Shown here: positions 48,350 through 58,865 of the stretch, piece by piece
How positions within the stretch are numbered: the first letter of the stretch is position 1
Layout: every line of letters starts with the position of its first letter
Source: Chitinophagaceae bacterium
GTDB lineage: Bacteria; Bacteroidota; Bacteroidia; Chitinophagales; Chitinophagaceae
Length of the DNA: 64,000 nt
Direction of reading: 5' to 3'
Assembly (NCBI GenBank): GCA_049425065.1
Contig: JBMSWW010000001.1
Coordinates: 954-64,953 of the forward strand
The notes under the pieces: generated by a model
What the model was told of the DNA's origin: nothing
Seen by the model: only the letters and a program-made list of their open reading frames with translations
Database searches by the model: none
Made by a program: the position numbers and the translations under genes

Positions 48350-50186
48350 GTTCGTTGCGGCCCTCCATATAATTGATGAATGCTTGATTCACCACTTTAT
48401 TACCTCCCTTTGTGGGATAATTCCCTGTAAAGTACCAGTCCCCTAAATTATTAGGACAACTAGCATGCAGGTCTTCGATACGCTGGAAAATTACTTGCAC
48501 CGGTATTTTTAATTCGGGAGAAGTGATCAAATCTGCGATCTTCTCCGTAATCTGGTCAGTAGTGAATTGCTTATACAACTGACGAACCACATTTTCTGAA
48601 TCTAGGTTTCCTTCTTGCTCCAACTTTTGGCAACGCTCTAGTAGTTCTTGTAAGAACCCAGCACGACCTTGCTCTTTTAATAAGGCTACCGCTGCATTAA
48701 AAGCAATAAAATCTCCCATCTTGCTCATATCGATACCGTAACAATCAGGGTAACGAATTTGAGGAGAGGAGGAAACTACAATAATCTTCTTTGGCTGCAG
48801 TCGCCCCAACATGCGGATGATACTCTCTTTCAAGGTAGTACCTCGTACAATGGAATCATCAATTACTACCAGCGTGTCTTCCCCGGCACGAACAGTACCG
48901 TACGTAATATCATAAACGTGCTGTACCATTTCATTACGATTGGCATCTTCTGTAATGAACGTGCGCATCTTAACATCCTTAATAGCAATTTTTTCTACCC
49001 GAATGCGGCGATGAATCATTTCACTGAGCTTCTGTTCATCAAAATCCTTACCCCAGCTCATAATTCTTTCTACCTTAATACGATTAAGATACCCTTCCAT
49101 TCCCTTTAACATTCCATAGAAAGCAGTTTCGGCAGTATTAGGAATAAAAGAAAAAATTGTATTCTTTAAATCGTAATCAATTGCTTTTAAAACAGGTTCA
49201 CTCAAATGAAAGCCCAATAGATTTCTTTCTCGATAAATTTTTTCATCACTACCGCGAGAAAAATAAATACGTTCAAAACTGCAAGCTTTTCTTTCTTTCG
49301 GAGAAACAAGTTGTTCAATCTCTAGTTCGCCATTTTCATACACAATCAAACCTTGGCCCGGCATCAACTCTTTCACTTCATTCTCTGGAACATTGAAAGC
49401 TGTACGAATAGCCGCACGCTCTGAAGCCGCAACCACTACTTCTTCATTAATATAGTAGTAAGAGGGACGTATACCGTGCGCATCTCTAAATACAAAAGAA
49501 ATTCCATTACCAGTTGCCCCGCCTACATGAAAACCTCCGTCTAGTAAGGGGATGGTCTTACGTAAAACAGTTTTAATATCTAACTGGCCAGGTAACTTCT
49601 CATCTTCCTCACAGAGATAATTATACATCAGCTCGATCAATGCGGCCAAATCACTGGAACGAACTTCTTCGTTAGGTTCTCGTCCAATAGTGGCATATAA
49701 TTCATCGGCATTGACAATATTAAAATTGCCCGCCAATGCAATGTTGCGCGAGGGAATAATGTCACGATTAATAAATGGATGACAATATTCAAGTTTATTT
49801 TTCCCTTGGGTTCCATAACGAGGATGCCCCAATAAGATTTCACCCATGAAATCAATATTCCCTTTTAGTAACCCAGGATGATTTCGTACACCAGGGTTAT
49901 ATTTTTCAAATTCATTCACCTCGGCACCAATTCGTTGGAAAATGTCCGCAATGGCTTGGGGGGCATTGCTGCGAATCCTATTCATGAAGGGATACCCTGG
50001 TTCTGAATGTAATTTAACCGCAACCACACCAGCACCGTCTTGCCCACGGTTATGCTGTTTTTCCATCAGCAGGTAGAGCTTGTTCAGACCCCAGAGCGCA
50101 GTACCATATTGTTGTTGGTAATAAGAAAAAGGTTTACGAAGGCGGATAAAAGCTAATCCACATTCGTGTTTGATAGGGTCGCTCAT
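48339..50186 (-). CDS. purF: Amidophosphoribosyltransferase (Bacteroidota type)
   Basis: MSDPIKHE-CG propeptide/Ntn Cys, QHNRGQDGAG, CSFERIYFSRG, VIDDSIVRGTT and CYGIDM motifs. Confidence 0.92.
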   Translation of the reverse strand: MSDPIKHECGLAFIRLRKPFSYYQQQYGTALWGLNKLYLLMEKQHNRGQDGAGVVAVKLHSEPGYPFMNRIRSNAPQAIADIFQRIGAEVNEFEKYNPGVRNHPGLLKGNIDFMGEILLGHPRYGTQGKNKLEYCHPFINRDIIPSRNIALAGNFNIVNADELYATIGREPNEEVRSSDLAALIELMYNYLCEEDEKLPGQLDIKTVLRKTIPLLDGGFHVGGATGNGISFVFRDAHGIRPSYYYINEEVVVAASERAAIRTAFNVPENEVKELMPGQGLIVYENGELEIEQLVSPKERKACSFERIYFSRGSDEKIYRERNLLGFHLSEPVLKAIDYDLKNTIFSFIPNTAETAFYGMLKGMEGYLNRIKVERIMSWGKDFDEQKLSEMIHRRIRVEKIAIKDVKMRTFITEDANRNEMVQHVYDITYGTVRAGEDTLVVIDDSIVRGTTLKESIIRMLGRLQPKKIIVVSSSPQIRYPDCYGIDMSKMGDFIAFNAAVALLKEQGRAGFLQELLERCQKLEQEGNLDSENVVRQLYKQFTTDQITEKIADLITSPELKIPVQVIFQRIEDLHASCPNNLGDWYFTGNYPTKGGNKVVNQAFINYMEGRNERGY

Positions 50187-50192
50187 AATAGA

Positions 50193-51554
50193 TCAATTAG
50201 CAGCGGTGTACTTCTTCAATTGCGGACATTCCTCTGCAGTTACCGGATCGATCATCACGTAATACACCGATAATTTCCCCTGAATCCATTTTTCCATCAC
50301 CTTGGCTTTCTTCTCCTCCAGCGCAAACTGAGCAATGCGACTGTAGTCATCCTGCATATTCATCCGATGTGGGGCAGAGCGAGATTTTAAGTGAATAATC
50401 CGTACTCCTTTTTTCCCTTGTTCGTTATCATAGGGAACTGGCTGTGAGTAATCACCAGGAGTGAGCTTACTGATCATATTTACCATTTCACGATCTAGTT
50501 GATCAATGGTCACAAAAGTAGATCCATCACGATTGGTAATATAAGGACCCGTATACTTTGCCGCTTCATCATCACTATACTTAGTGGCAGCTTCATTGAA
50601 ATTCATGGTACCCGCAATAATTTTTGAGCGGACGGTATCTAATTTTCTTTTCGCCTGATCAATCTCATCTTGGGTAACAGGAGGAATGCGTAGAATATGA
50701 CGAACAATAGCATCATCTCCGTTACGTTGCACCATTTGTATAATATGAAACCCAAACTTTGATTTTACGGGCGGAGAAATTTCACCTTCCTTCAAACGAA
50801 AAGCTGTAGACAAAAACACAGGATCCCAGGTTTTCTCATTCCTATTGAGCTGATATTGTCCTCCTCGATCTTTGCTTCCCGGATCTTCTGAAACTCGCTT
50901 CGCGATTTGTTCAAAAGTGGTCAACTTTAATTCTATCTGGCGACGATAGTTATTCATTTCGCCAATGATATATTCCTCCAAATCTCTGGAAGCCTTTGGA
51001 TAGACAATGATCTGACCAATCTCCAATTCAGATTCGTAAAAGGGCAAACTATCTTTTGGGATCTTTTCGAACCAGGCTTTTACTTCTACAGGAGTAATGC
51101 GTACATTTTCCACCACTTTACTTTGCATGGCCCCTGCTAACTTTTGTTCCCGAACTGACTCGCGGGCATCATCCTTGATCTGGTAAATTGTTTTACCAGC
51201 TAATTCTTCTACGGCATCCTGACTACCGAACTGACTAATATAGGTGCGAATACGATTGTCAAGATCAGCCTCTACATCTTCATCCGTTACAGGAAGAGAA
51301 TCTTTCTGTGCCTGCAACATCATTACTTTAGAAATTACAGCCTGCTCCATCAACAAGCATTCTGCATTCGGGGGAACCGCTTCCCCACGACGGGCAATAT
51401 CCGCTACAGAGTTTTTGATATCGGAGAGTAAGATGATTTTGTCACCTACCACTCCGGCTATCTTATCGGCTATTACTTTTTTGGGTTGTGCAACAACAGT
51501 TAGGCAGCATACAACTGCCAACAATGTAAAAGAGAGCTTGGTTATACTATACAT
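50193..51554 (-). CDS. surA: SurA-like periplasmic chaperone / parvulin PPIase
   Basis: Signal peptide, ADKIAGVVG, and two rotamase domains (SEDPGS..GG, SKFGFHII; YSDD). Confidence 0.85.
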   Translation of the reverse strand: MYSITKLSFTLLAVVCCLTVVAQPKKVIADKIAGVVGDKIILLSDIKNSVADIARRGEAVPPNAECLLMEQAVISKVMMLQAQKDSLPVTDEDVEADLDNRIRTYISQFGSQDAVEELAGKTIYQIKDDARESVREQKLAGAMQSKVVENVRITPVEVKAWFEKIPKDSLPFYESELEIGQIIVYPKASRDLEEYIIGEMNNYRRQIELKLTTFEQIAKRVSEDPGSKDRGGQYQLNRNEKTWDPVFLSTAFRLKEGEISPPVKSKFGFHIIQMVQRNGDDAIVRHILRIPPVTQDEIDQAKRKLDTVRSKIIAGTMNFNEAATKYSDDEAAKYTGPYITNRDGSTFVTIDQLDREMVNMISKLTPGDYSQPVPYDNEQGKKGVRIIHLKSRSAPHRMNMQDDYSRIAQFALEEKKAKVMEKWIQGKLSVYYVMIDPVTAEECPQLKKYTAAN

Positions 51555-51566
51555 GGTTCCAAAAGT

Positions 51567-51600
51567 AAGTGGCCCTCCCCATGGTGAGGTACTGCCACTT
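51567..51600 (-). terminator. Possible terminator hairpin after infB, abutting the surA -7 element
   Basis: AAGTGGC...GCCACTT outer stem with an inner CCTC/GAGG stem, followed on the minus strand by ACTTTTG. Confidence 0.45.
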
Positions 51601-51616
51601 TGAGTTTAACAAAAGC

Positions 51617-54433
51617 TTAGAGCGTTCTTTTTACTTCTTCTATTTCGTAGGCCTCTACCACATCACCCGCCTTCACATCCGTAAAGTTCTTGATGGTTAA
51701 TCCGCACTCCATACCGGAAAGCACCTCCTTTGCATCATCTTTGAATCGCTTCAAAGAGGCTAGCTCTGCAGTGACTCCTTCGGCAGTTGGATATACCACA
51801 ATACCATCACGAATCAGGCGTACTTTAGAATCACGTTTTATTTTACCATCCCGTACAAAACATCCGGCTACGGTTACTTTATCAAACTTGAATACTTCAC
51901 GAATTTCCACGTTGGCCACAATCTTCTCTTGGGTCTTCGGCTCCAACATTCCCTCCATAGCACCTCTAATTTCCTCTATGGCGTTATAGATAATCGAGTA
52001 CATCTTAATTTCAATACCCGCATTATCAGCCATCTTCGAGGCTTGTAGCGAAGGACGCACGTTAAAGGCTATCACAATGGCATCAGAAGCTTCTGCCAAT
52101 ACAATGTCACTCTCATTGATCTGACCAACGCCTTTATGAATTACGTTCACCACAATCTCTTGTGTAGAGAGTTTCTGTAAAGAGTCACTGAGGGCTTCCA
52201 CAGATCCATCCACGTCACCCTTAATAATCACATTGAGCTCTTTGAAGCTACCCAATGCCAATCGACGACCAATCTCATCCAAGGTAATATGTTTCTTAGT
52301 ACGAATACCTTGTTCACGAAGAATCTGTGCACGACGGTTGGCAATTTCTTTGGCTTCGGCCTCATCCGCGTAGACCTTAAATTTTTCTCCTGCTTGTGGA
52401 GCTCCATTCAATCCAAGAATTACCGCTGGAGCGGAAGGACCCGCCACTGTTTCTTTCTTATTTCTTTCGTTGAACATGGCTTTCACTCTTCCGTAGTACT
52501 GACCACTCACCACCAGATCACCAGGGTGAAGTGTACCATTTTCTACTAATAGAGTGGCTACGAAACCACGTCCCTTATCCAATGAAGCCTCGATGATGGT
52601 ACCCGTAGCCTCACGATCAGGATTGGCTTTTAGATCCAGCATCTCTGCCTCTAATAATATTTTATCTAATAATTTATCGATGTTCAGTCCCTTCTTTGCA
52701 GAAAGCTCCTGGCTTTGGAACTTGCCGCCCCACTCCTCTACCAGAATATTCATTTGGGAAAGCTGCTCATAGATTTTTTGAGGATTGGCTCCATCCTTAT
52801 CGATTTTGTTGATCGCAAAGATCATCGGTACACCCGCTGCCTGTGCGTGACTGATGGCCTCACGTGTTTGAGGCATGATGGCATCATCTGCCGCAACTAC
52901 AATCACCGCAATGTCCGTAACCTTGGCACCACGAGCACGCATCGCTGTAAAGGCTTCGTGACCTGGAGTATCCAAGAAGGTAATTTCTTTTTCATTCGGA
53001 AGAGCTACGCGATAAGCACCAATGTGCTGCGTTATTCCTCCGGCCTCACCGGCTACGACATTTGCGCTGCGGATATAGTCAAGCAAAGAGGTTTTACCGT
53101 GGTCAACGTGACCCATGATGGTAACAATGGGAGAGCGATGTTGCAGAGCTGCTTCATCCTCTTCTTCCTCCACATCATTTTCCAACTCGAGTTGTTTTTC
53201 CATATCAATGAACTCCACATCAAATCCAAACTCACTAGCCACCAATTCTATCACCTCAGCATCCAATCGCTGATTGATAGACACCATTATACCCAAACTC
53301 ATACACTTGCTGATTACTTCAGCAAAACTTACATCCATCAGATTCGCCAATTCACTCACACTGATGAACTCCGTTAATTGTAATTTATTGTCTGTAGCTG
53401 CTTCGCCCATTGCCTCTGCCATTTCCTGCCGCTTTTCGCGACGCAGCTTCTTAACATTCTTTCCCTTTCCGGCACCGCCACTCAATTTGGCTTGTGTCTC
53501 TTGTATCTTACGCTGAATTTCTTTTTCATCAATCAGCTTCTCTTCTCTCTTTACTCCTCCGCGTTGCGGTTGGGGACGTGCACCACCGCGACCACGGTTA
53601 AATCCGCCACCACTACGTCCATCCTGATCTTTATTGATAAACACTTCACGATGCCCGGCCTCTTTTTTGGCAATGGGGATACGCTTACGAGGTTTCTTTT
53701 CTTCACGTACAGGACGTGTATCGCTATCTACAGGTAATTCAATTTTACCAAGGATCTTTGGACCTGATAACTTCTCCACTTCGATATTCTCAACCGTAGG
53801 AGGAGCTTCCTCTACCGTCTCTTCAATAGAACCCGGTTCAACCGTAGGCTTCACTTCAGCAACCGGTGGCGCCTCTTCTGTTTTTGTTGTTTTTTTCTTG
53901 GGCTTAACAACAGGCTTTTCATCAATAGCCTCTTTCTTCGCTTTTGCCCCACGCTTAGGACGGGTAGAAGAATCAATTGCAGAAAGATCGATCTTGCTGA
54001 TCACTTTAGGACCCCCTGACTCAGGAGCTTCCGTTTTGGTCACCGCCTCTTCAACCACTGGATGAGTTGTTCCCGCCGCCGCTTCTTCCACTTCTGGTTT
54101 CTCCACTACTTCAGCAGCGGGTTCTTCTTTTCCCTTTTTGCTAGTCTTCTTACCAGATGTAGATTTGAAAGTAATCTCTTCTTCTTCTTTTTTCTTACGG
54201 ACTTCGCCCTGCGCAGCTTTTGGAAGTTCCAACTGGTCGCTTTTCATCTTAGCGGCCTTATCACTTTGGAATTCCTGTTGCAAAGAGCGATACATATCCT
54301 CCGTTAACTTGGAAGTAGGCTTCATTTCATCTTTGGGGAAACCCTTGCCTACTAAAAAATCGATAAGGGTATCCTGACCAATGTTGAACTCTTTGGCCGC
54401 CGCCAGTAATCGGGGAAGTTTTAATTCTGACAT
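51617..54433 (-). CDS. infB: Translation initiation factor IF-2
   Basis: [27 protein letters not shown] and SLKRFKDD motifs; long charged N-terminus. Confidence 0.98.
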   Translation of the reverse strand: MSELKLPRLLAAAKEFNIGQDTLIDFLVGKGFPKDEMKPTSKLTEDMYRSLQQEFQSDKAAKMKSDQLELPKAAQGEVRKKKEEEEITFKSTSGKKTSKKGKEEPAAEVVEKPEVEEAAAGTTHPVVEEAVTKTEAPESGGPKVISKIDLSAIDSSTRPKRGAKAKKEAIDEKPVVKPKKKTTKTEEAPPVAEVKPTVEPGSIEETVEEAPPTVENIEVEKLSGPKILGKIELPVDSDTRPVREEKKPRKRIPIAKKEAGHREVFINKDQDGRSGGGFNRGRGGARPQPQRGGVKREEKLIDEKEIQRKIQETQAKLSGGAGKGKNVKKLRREKRQEMAEAMGEAATDNKLQLTEFISVSELANLMDVSFAEVISKCMSLGIMVSINQRLDAEVIELVASEFGFDVEFIDMEKQLELENDVEEEEDEAALQHRSPIVTIMGHVDHGKTSLLDYIRSANVVAGEAGGITQHIGAYRVALPNEKEITFLDTPGHEAFTAMRARGAKVTDIAVIVVAADDAIMPQTREAISHAQAAGVPMIFAINKIDKDGANPQKIYEQLSQMNILVEEWGGKFQSQELSAKKGLNIDKLLDKILLEAEMLDLKANPDREATGTIIEASLDKGRGFVATLLVENGTLHPGDLVVSGQYYGRVKAMFNERNKKETVAGPSAPAVILGLNGAPQAGEKFKVYADEAEAKEIANRRAQILREQGIRTKKHITLDEIGRRLALGSFKELNVIIKGDVDGSVEALSDSLQKLSTQEIVVNVIHKGVGQINESDIVLAEASDAIVIAFNVRPSLQASKMADNAGIEIKMYSIIYNAIEEIRGAMEGMLEPKTQEKIVANVEIREVFKFDKVTVAGCFVRDGKIKRDSKVRLIRDGIVVYPTAEGVTAELASLKRFKDDAKEVLSGMECGLTIKNFTDVKAGDVVEAYEIEEVKRTL

Positions 54434-54452
54434 TCAGTACTGTTATTACTTA

Positions 54453-55700
54453 TTATTCGTTTTCAAATTCAGTCTTCAACACACGAAGAACATCTTGGAT
54501 CGTTTCTTTTTCTAAATCTGTTCTTCGCTCCAACTCATCAGGAGTCAATTTCAATACACTGCGACCGGTGTCACACCCCACTCGCTTCAATTCATCAATT
54601 ACCCAACTATCAATCTCATCGCTAAATTCATCGAGGTCGATGTCAAACTCTTCTTCTTCACCCTCATTATCACGATAGACATCTAACTCGTATCCCGTAA
54701 GCTCGGAAGCCAACTTGATATTCACTCCACGACGACCAATAGCCAGAGATACCTGATCAGGCGCCAGGTACACATTTGCATGCTTTCCTTCTGTATCCAG
54801 TTCCATACTAGTGATACGAGCCGGCGTTAAGGAACGTTGAATCAATAGTTGAATATTCGTAGTAAAGTTAATTACGTCTATATTCTCATTTTTCAATTCA
54901 CGTACAATGCCGTGAATACGACTACCCTTCATTCCCACGCATGCACCTACCGGATCAATACGATCATCAAAGGACTCCACAGCCACCTTGGCCCTTTCTC
55001 CTGGATCGCGCACAATTTTTTTAATAACGATAAGACCATCAAAAATTTCTGGCACTTCAATTTCCAACAATTTAGCGAGAAACTCAGGAGCCGTACGAGA
55101 TAAAATAATAACTGGGTTATTATTTTTCAAATCTACGCGTCTTACCACTGCACGAATGCTCTCTCCTTTTTTGAAATAATCCTGTGGAATTTGTTCGCTC
55201 TTTGGAAGGATCAATTCATTTCCCTCTTCATCTAACAATAAAATTTCTTTCTTCCATACCTGATATACCTCGGCACTGATAATATCGCCTATACGATCAC
55301 TATACTTTTTGGCTAAGGCATTTTTCTTCAGGTCACTGATACGGCTCGCCAAGGTTTGTTTGGCAGCAAGAATGGCACGACGACCAAAGTCGAGTAAGTC
55401 GATCTCCTCATAGAGTTCTTCTCCCACTTCAAAGTCTGGCTCAATTTTTACGGCTTCCGTGTAAGCTACCTGTGCCAAAGGATCTTCAACTTCCCCGTCC
55501 TCTACAATCATACGACGACGAATAATTTCCAAGTCTCCTTTCTCCGCGTTAACAATTACATCGAAGTTTTCATCACTTCCATATTTTTTACGCAGCAGGG
55601 TCTTGAATACATCTTCTACCACTTTCATCATAGTGGGACGATCGATATTTTCCGCGTCTTTAAAATCCTGGAAAGCATCAATTAGGTTAATACTAGACAT
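54453..55700 (-). CDS. nusA: Transcription termination/antitermination factor NusA
   Basis: FGRRAILAAKQ, S1 and KH domains, IDPVGACVG, AIGRRGVN. Confidence 0.97.
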   Translation of the reverse strand: MSSINLIDAFQDFKDAENIDRPTMMKVVEDVFKTLLRKKYGSDENFDVIVNAEKGDLEIIRRRMIVEDGEVEDPLAQVAYTEAVKIEPDFEVGEELYEEIDLLDFGRRAILAAKQTLASRISDLKKNALAKKYSDRIGDIISAEVYQVWKKEILLLDEEGNELILPKSEQIPQDYFKKGESIRAVVRRVDLKNNNPVIILSRTAPEFLAKLLEIEVPEIFDGLIVIKKIVRDPGERAKVAVESFDDRIDPVGACVGMKGSRIHGIVRELKNENIDVINFTTNIQLLIQRSLTPARITSMELDTEGKHANVYLAPDQVSLAIGRRGVNIKLASELTGYELDVYRDNEGEEEEFDIDLDEFSDEIDSWVIDELKRVGCDTGRSVLKLTPDELERRTDLEKETIQDVLRVLKTEFENE

Positions 55701-55727
55701 AATGCAAGGTTTTGAACCGTTTCTGTT

Positions 55728-56198
55728 TTAGAATTTGATTTGAACTTTTGTTGTTTTTATAGTTGCGAGAGGAATGACATGCAGCTCAGTTACTGCCTTC
55801 TTTCCCTTCCCTTTTACAGTTTCAATTTCAACCTCAGCCTCCGTTACTGCTTTGAGCGTCCCTTCGAGCTTTTGCCCCTCCTGCAACAGAACTTCAACCG
55901 GGCGGCCTATATTTTTAACATATTGACGGTTAAGCTTCAAGGGCTCCCCTAGGCCGGGAGAAGACAATTCCAGCGAAAAATCTCCGTTGGGAAAAAGGCC
56001 CTCTTCTTCCAACTGACGATAGAGCTTTCTATTATATGATACTAATTTATCAACACTAACTCCTTGATCTCCATCAATATATATCTTAATATTATTTGTG
56101 GGCTTGATTCGAATCTCCACCAAAAAATGTTCCTTTTCGGCCTCAATCAGGCTCAGGGTCCTACTTTCCAGGGTCTTGATCAAACTAGTTTGGTCCAT
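55728..56198 (-). CDS. rimP: Ribosome maturation factor RimP
   Basis: LELSSPG..PL..RQY.KNIG motif; rimP-nusA-infB gene order. Confidence 0.94.
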   Translation of the reverse strand: MDQTSLIKTLESRTLSLIEAEKEHFLVEIRIKPTNNIKIYIDGDQGVSVDKLVSYNRKLYRQLEEEGLFPNGDFSLELSSPGLGEPLKLNRQYVKNIGRPVEVLLQEGQKLEGTLKAVTEAEVEIETVKGKGKKAVTELHVIPLATIKTTKVQIKF

Positions 56199-56204
56199 AT
56201 AGGT

Positions 56205-56260
56205 AAAAAGAAGAAGGGAACGACTCCGTTCCCTTCAATAATCTTTAGGGTACAAAATTA
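56205..56260 (-). promoter_or_regulatory. rimP leader: -7 promoter plus terminator-like hairpin
   Basis: TAATTTTG (56253-56260, -), then a perfect 10-bp stem GAAGGGAACG/CGTTCCCTTC (56213-56236) followed by TTCTTTTT just before the ATG. Confidence 0.75.
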
Positions 56261-56323
56261 CGGAATGAGCCGCTGTTCACCAAAATAAAAAAGGGGGGTC
56301 AGGCTCCGTATCTTTGCGACGAC

Positions 56324-56617
56324 ATGAAGTACATTCTCCTTTTCCTGGCACTTTATCTGGCTTTTCAGTTTATTTTCAGGCTGGTAATCCCCCTTTTTAA
56401 GGCCGGAAGGCAGCTCCGGAAGAGCTTTAAACAGATGCAGGAGCAGATGCAGGAACAAATGAGAGCCCAACAAATGCAGAACCCCTATCAGGGACCCCAA
56501 GCTGGGGCCAGTAACCCGACAGGCTTTGAGTCCGGTAAAAACCGAACCCATTCAGCGGGTAATACTGGGGCACAAAAGGATGACTATATCGATTTCGAAG
56601 AAATTAAAGAAGGGTAA
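56324..56617 (+). CDS. Small membrane protein (DUF4834-like)
   Basis: N-terminal TM, Gln-rich middle, C-terminal DYIDFEEIK; preceded by TATCTTTG. Confidence 0.8.
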   Translation: MKYILLFLALYLAFQFIFRLVIPLFKAGRQLRKSFKQMQEQMQEQMRAQQMQNPYQGPQAGASNPTGFESGKNRTHSAGNTGAQKDDYIDFEEIKEG

Positions 56618-58859
56618 AACTGGCCTTTCGATCCGCCCGGCTGTCTCCTCCTAAATATATATGAAAGACACCTGGCTCGGACTTGTATTCTAATTGCTCA
56701 TTATAAAAAGCAAGCTCAGCATCACCAACCCTAAAAACAAGCTCTTTAGATTCACCGGGTTGCAAACTAATTTTCTGAAAGCCTTTCAACTCACGGACAG
56801 GCCTAACCAGCGATGAGGTTTCATCCTGTACATATAATTGCACTACCTCTTCTCCTGCCAGGGATCCCGTATTAGTAACCCGAATCTTCGCCTCCAATTG
56901 TTGTCCAATTTTTAGTTCTTTACTACTAAGACGAATACTGTCATAACTAAACTGAGTATAGCTAAGCCCATAACCAAAAGGATATTGAGGAGTATTAGGA
57001 AGATCAATATAGGCCGTTACATAGGTAAAATCATTTTCTGATTTGAAGGGACGACCGGTACTATAATAATTATAGTAGATGGGAATCTGTCCTTCATTAC
57101 GAGGAAAGGTCATCGGTAATTTTCCTGCAGGATTATAGTCCCCCACTAATACATCAGCAATTGCATTACCAGCCTCAGTTCCCAACCACCAAGTATAGAG
57201 AATAGCAGGCACATTTTCACTGATCCAATTAAACACCAGCGGACGACCTGCACTGATCAGCACTACAACTGGTTTTCCAGTAGCCACCATTTCTTTTACT
57301 AGTAATTCCTGTACGCCGGGCAAACGAATACTGCTTTTACTTTTTGCTTCACCACTCATATCATGTGCTTCGCCTACACTCAACACAATCACATCCGATT
57401 GTAAAGCCACTTTACGCGCTTCCGCAAAACCGGTAGTGTCCATCTGTTGCACTGAGCAACCCTGTGCATATAATAGTTGATTCACTTTGCCTAGCTTCGA
57501 TTGCAGGCCCTGCCAAATAGTTACCATACGTAAAGAGTCATCTGGCCAGCTATAACTCCAAAAACCATTATGTTCTCCCACCGCTTTTATAAAAGGTCCA
57601 ATCAAGGCGATTTTTTTATTGCTAGTTTTTTGCAACGGAAGTAAAGGCGTAGAAGACCCTTTCGGGCTTTCATTCTTTAATAATACAATGCTTTTACGAG
57701 CTATTTCACGAGCCACTACCCGATGAGTGGGATTGCTCCACACCCTTTGCTCTCTAGCGGTATCACAAAAACGAAATGGATCCTCAAATAATCCCATTTC
57801 AAATTTTTTGCGAAGCACTCTTCTTACCGCATCATCTATAGTAGCCACAGGAACTTTTCCTTCACGTACTAGGTTACCCAAATGTGAAATATGCCTTCTG
57901 CTCTCCATGTCCATATCAGACCCAGCTATAATTGCTTTATGAGCAGCATCTTTATTATCAATGGCAAAACCATGATTGATCATTTCACCTATACTACCCC
58001 AGTCACTCACTACAAAACCTTTGAATTTCCAATCTTGCTTCAAGACCTTTCGTTGTAAATAATGATTTCCAGTGGCAGGTACTCCATTCAAATCGTTAAA
58101 TGCATTCATGAACGTAGCTACACCTGCCTCAGCAGCAGCCTTAAAGGGAGGAAGATATACTTCGTACAATTGACGAAGACTCATATCCACACTATTATAG
58201 TCTCGTCCTCCCACCGCAGCACCATAGGCGGCAAAATGTTTTGCACAAGCCATTATAGCATCTACTTTTCCCAAACCTTTCCCCTGAAATCCTTTTACTC
58301 TTGCGCGGGCAATCATACTTCCTAAAAAAGGATCTTCTCCGGCACCTTCCATGACACGGCCCCAGCGTGGGTCGCGCGCTATATCAACCATAGGAGCAAA
58401 AGTCCAATGAATCCCTGCCGCTGCGGCTTCCGTAGCCGCAATACGTGCAGATTGTTCCAACAAGGTAAGATCCCAACTGGCCGCTTCTGCTAATGGAATT
58501 GGAAAAATAGTTCGAATGCCATGAATCACATCCTGACCCATTAATAAAGGGATACGCAACCTTGATTGCATGGCAATTTCCTGTAAACTACGATTACGAG
58601 CTGCGCCAATAACATTTAAAAATGAGCCTATTTTCCCCGCACGAATCTGATTTTGTTTATCGCCTTCTTTTGTAATGGGGCCTGTACTGGCAAAATCGCT
58701 ACTGTACTGATTCAATTGCCCCATTTTTTCGTCTAAGGTCATTAGACTAAGTACTGAATCAACTTTCTGATCGATAGTTTTTTGCTGTGCGAAAGTTGCT
58801 AAACTACTAAAGGTTGAAAACAACAAAAAAAATCCTGAAATGTAAGCGACAAGTTTCAT
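56604..58859 (-). CDS. bglX: GH3 beta-glucosidase (BglX-like)
   Basis: DVIHG, RDPRWGRVMEGAGEDP, KHF, SDW nucleophile, PFGYGLSYT, C-terminal Fn3-like domain. Confidence 0.93.
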   Translation of the reverse strand: MKLVAYISGFFLLFSTFSSLATFAQQKTIDQKVDSVLSLMTLDEKMGQLNQYSSDFASTGPITKEGDKQNQIRAGKIGSFLNVIGAARNRSLQEIAMQSRLRIPLLMGQDVIHGIRTIFPIPLAEAASWDLTLLEQSARIAATEAAAAGIHWTFAPMVDIARDPRWGRVMEGAGEDPFLGSMIARARVKGFQGKGLGKVDAIMACAKHFAAYGAAVGGRDYNSVDMSLRQLYEVYLPPFKAAAEAGVATFMNAFNDLNGVPATGNHYLQRKVLKQDWKFKGFVVSDWGSIGEMINHGFAIDNKDAAHKAIIAGSDMDMESRRHISHLGNLVREGKVPVATIDDAVRRVLRKKFEMGLFEDPFRFCDTAREQRVWSNPTHRVVAREIARKSIVLLKNESPKGSSTPLLPLQKTSNKKIALIGPFIKAVGEHNGFWSYSWPDDSLRMVTIWQGLQSKLGKVNQLLYAQGCSVQQMDTTGFAEARKVALQSDVIVLSVGEAHDMSGEAKSKSSIRLPGVQELLVKEMVATGKPVVVLISAGRPLVFNWISENVPAILYTWWLGTEAGNAIADVLVGDYNPAGKLPMTFPRNEGQIPIYYNYYSTGRPFKSENDFTYVTAYIDLPNTPQYPFGYGLSYTQFSYDSIRLSSKELKIGQQLEAKIRVTNTGSLAGEEVVQLYVQDETSSLVRPVRELKGFQKISLQPGESKELVFRVGDAELAFYNEQLEYKSEPGVFHIYLGGDSRADRKASFTLL

Positions 58860-58865
58860 TTTTAC

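Noticed and set aside
52715-53377. 220-aa plus-strand ORF, and other antisense ORFs, inside infB
   Set aside because: Antisense shadow of a highly conserved gene; no recognisable motifs or initiation signals.
56432-56480. CAGATGCAGGAG-like short repeats
   Set aside because: They simply encode the low-complexity QMQE tract of the DUF4834-like protein; not a CRISPR array or mobile repeat.
56258-56551. 97-aa minus-strand ORF upstream of rimP
   Set aside because: It is antisense to the better-supported DUF4834-like gene, which has a TM segment, a DYIDFEE motif and a promoter box.
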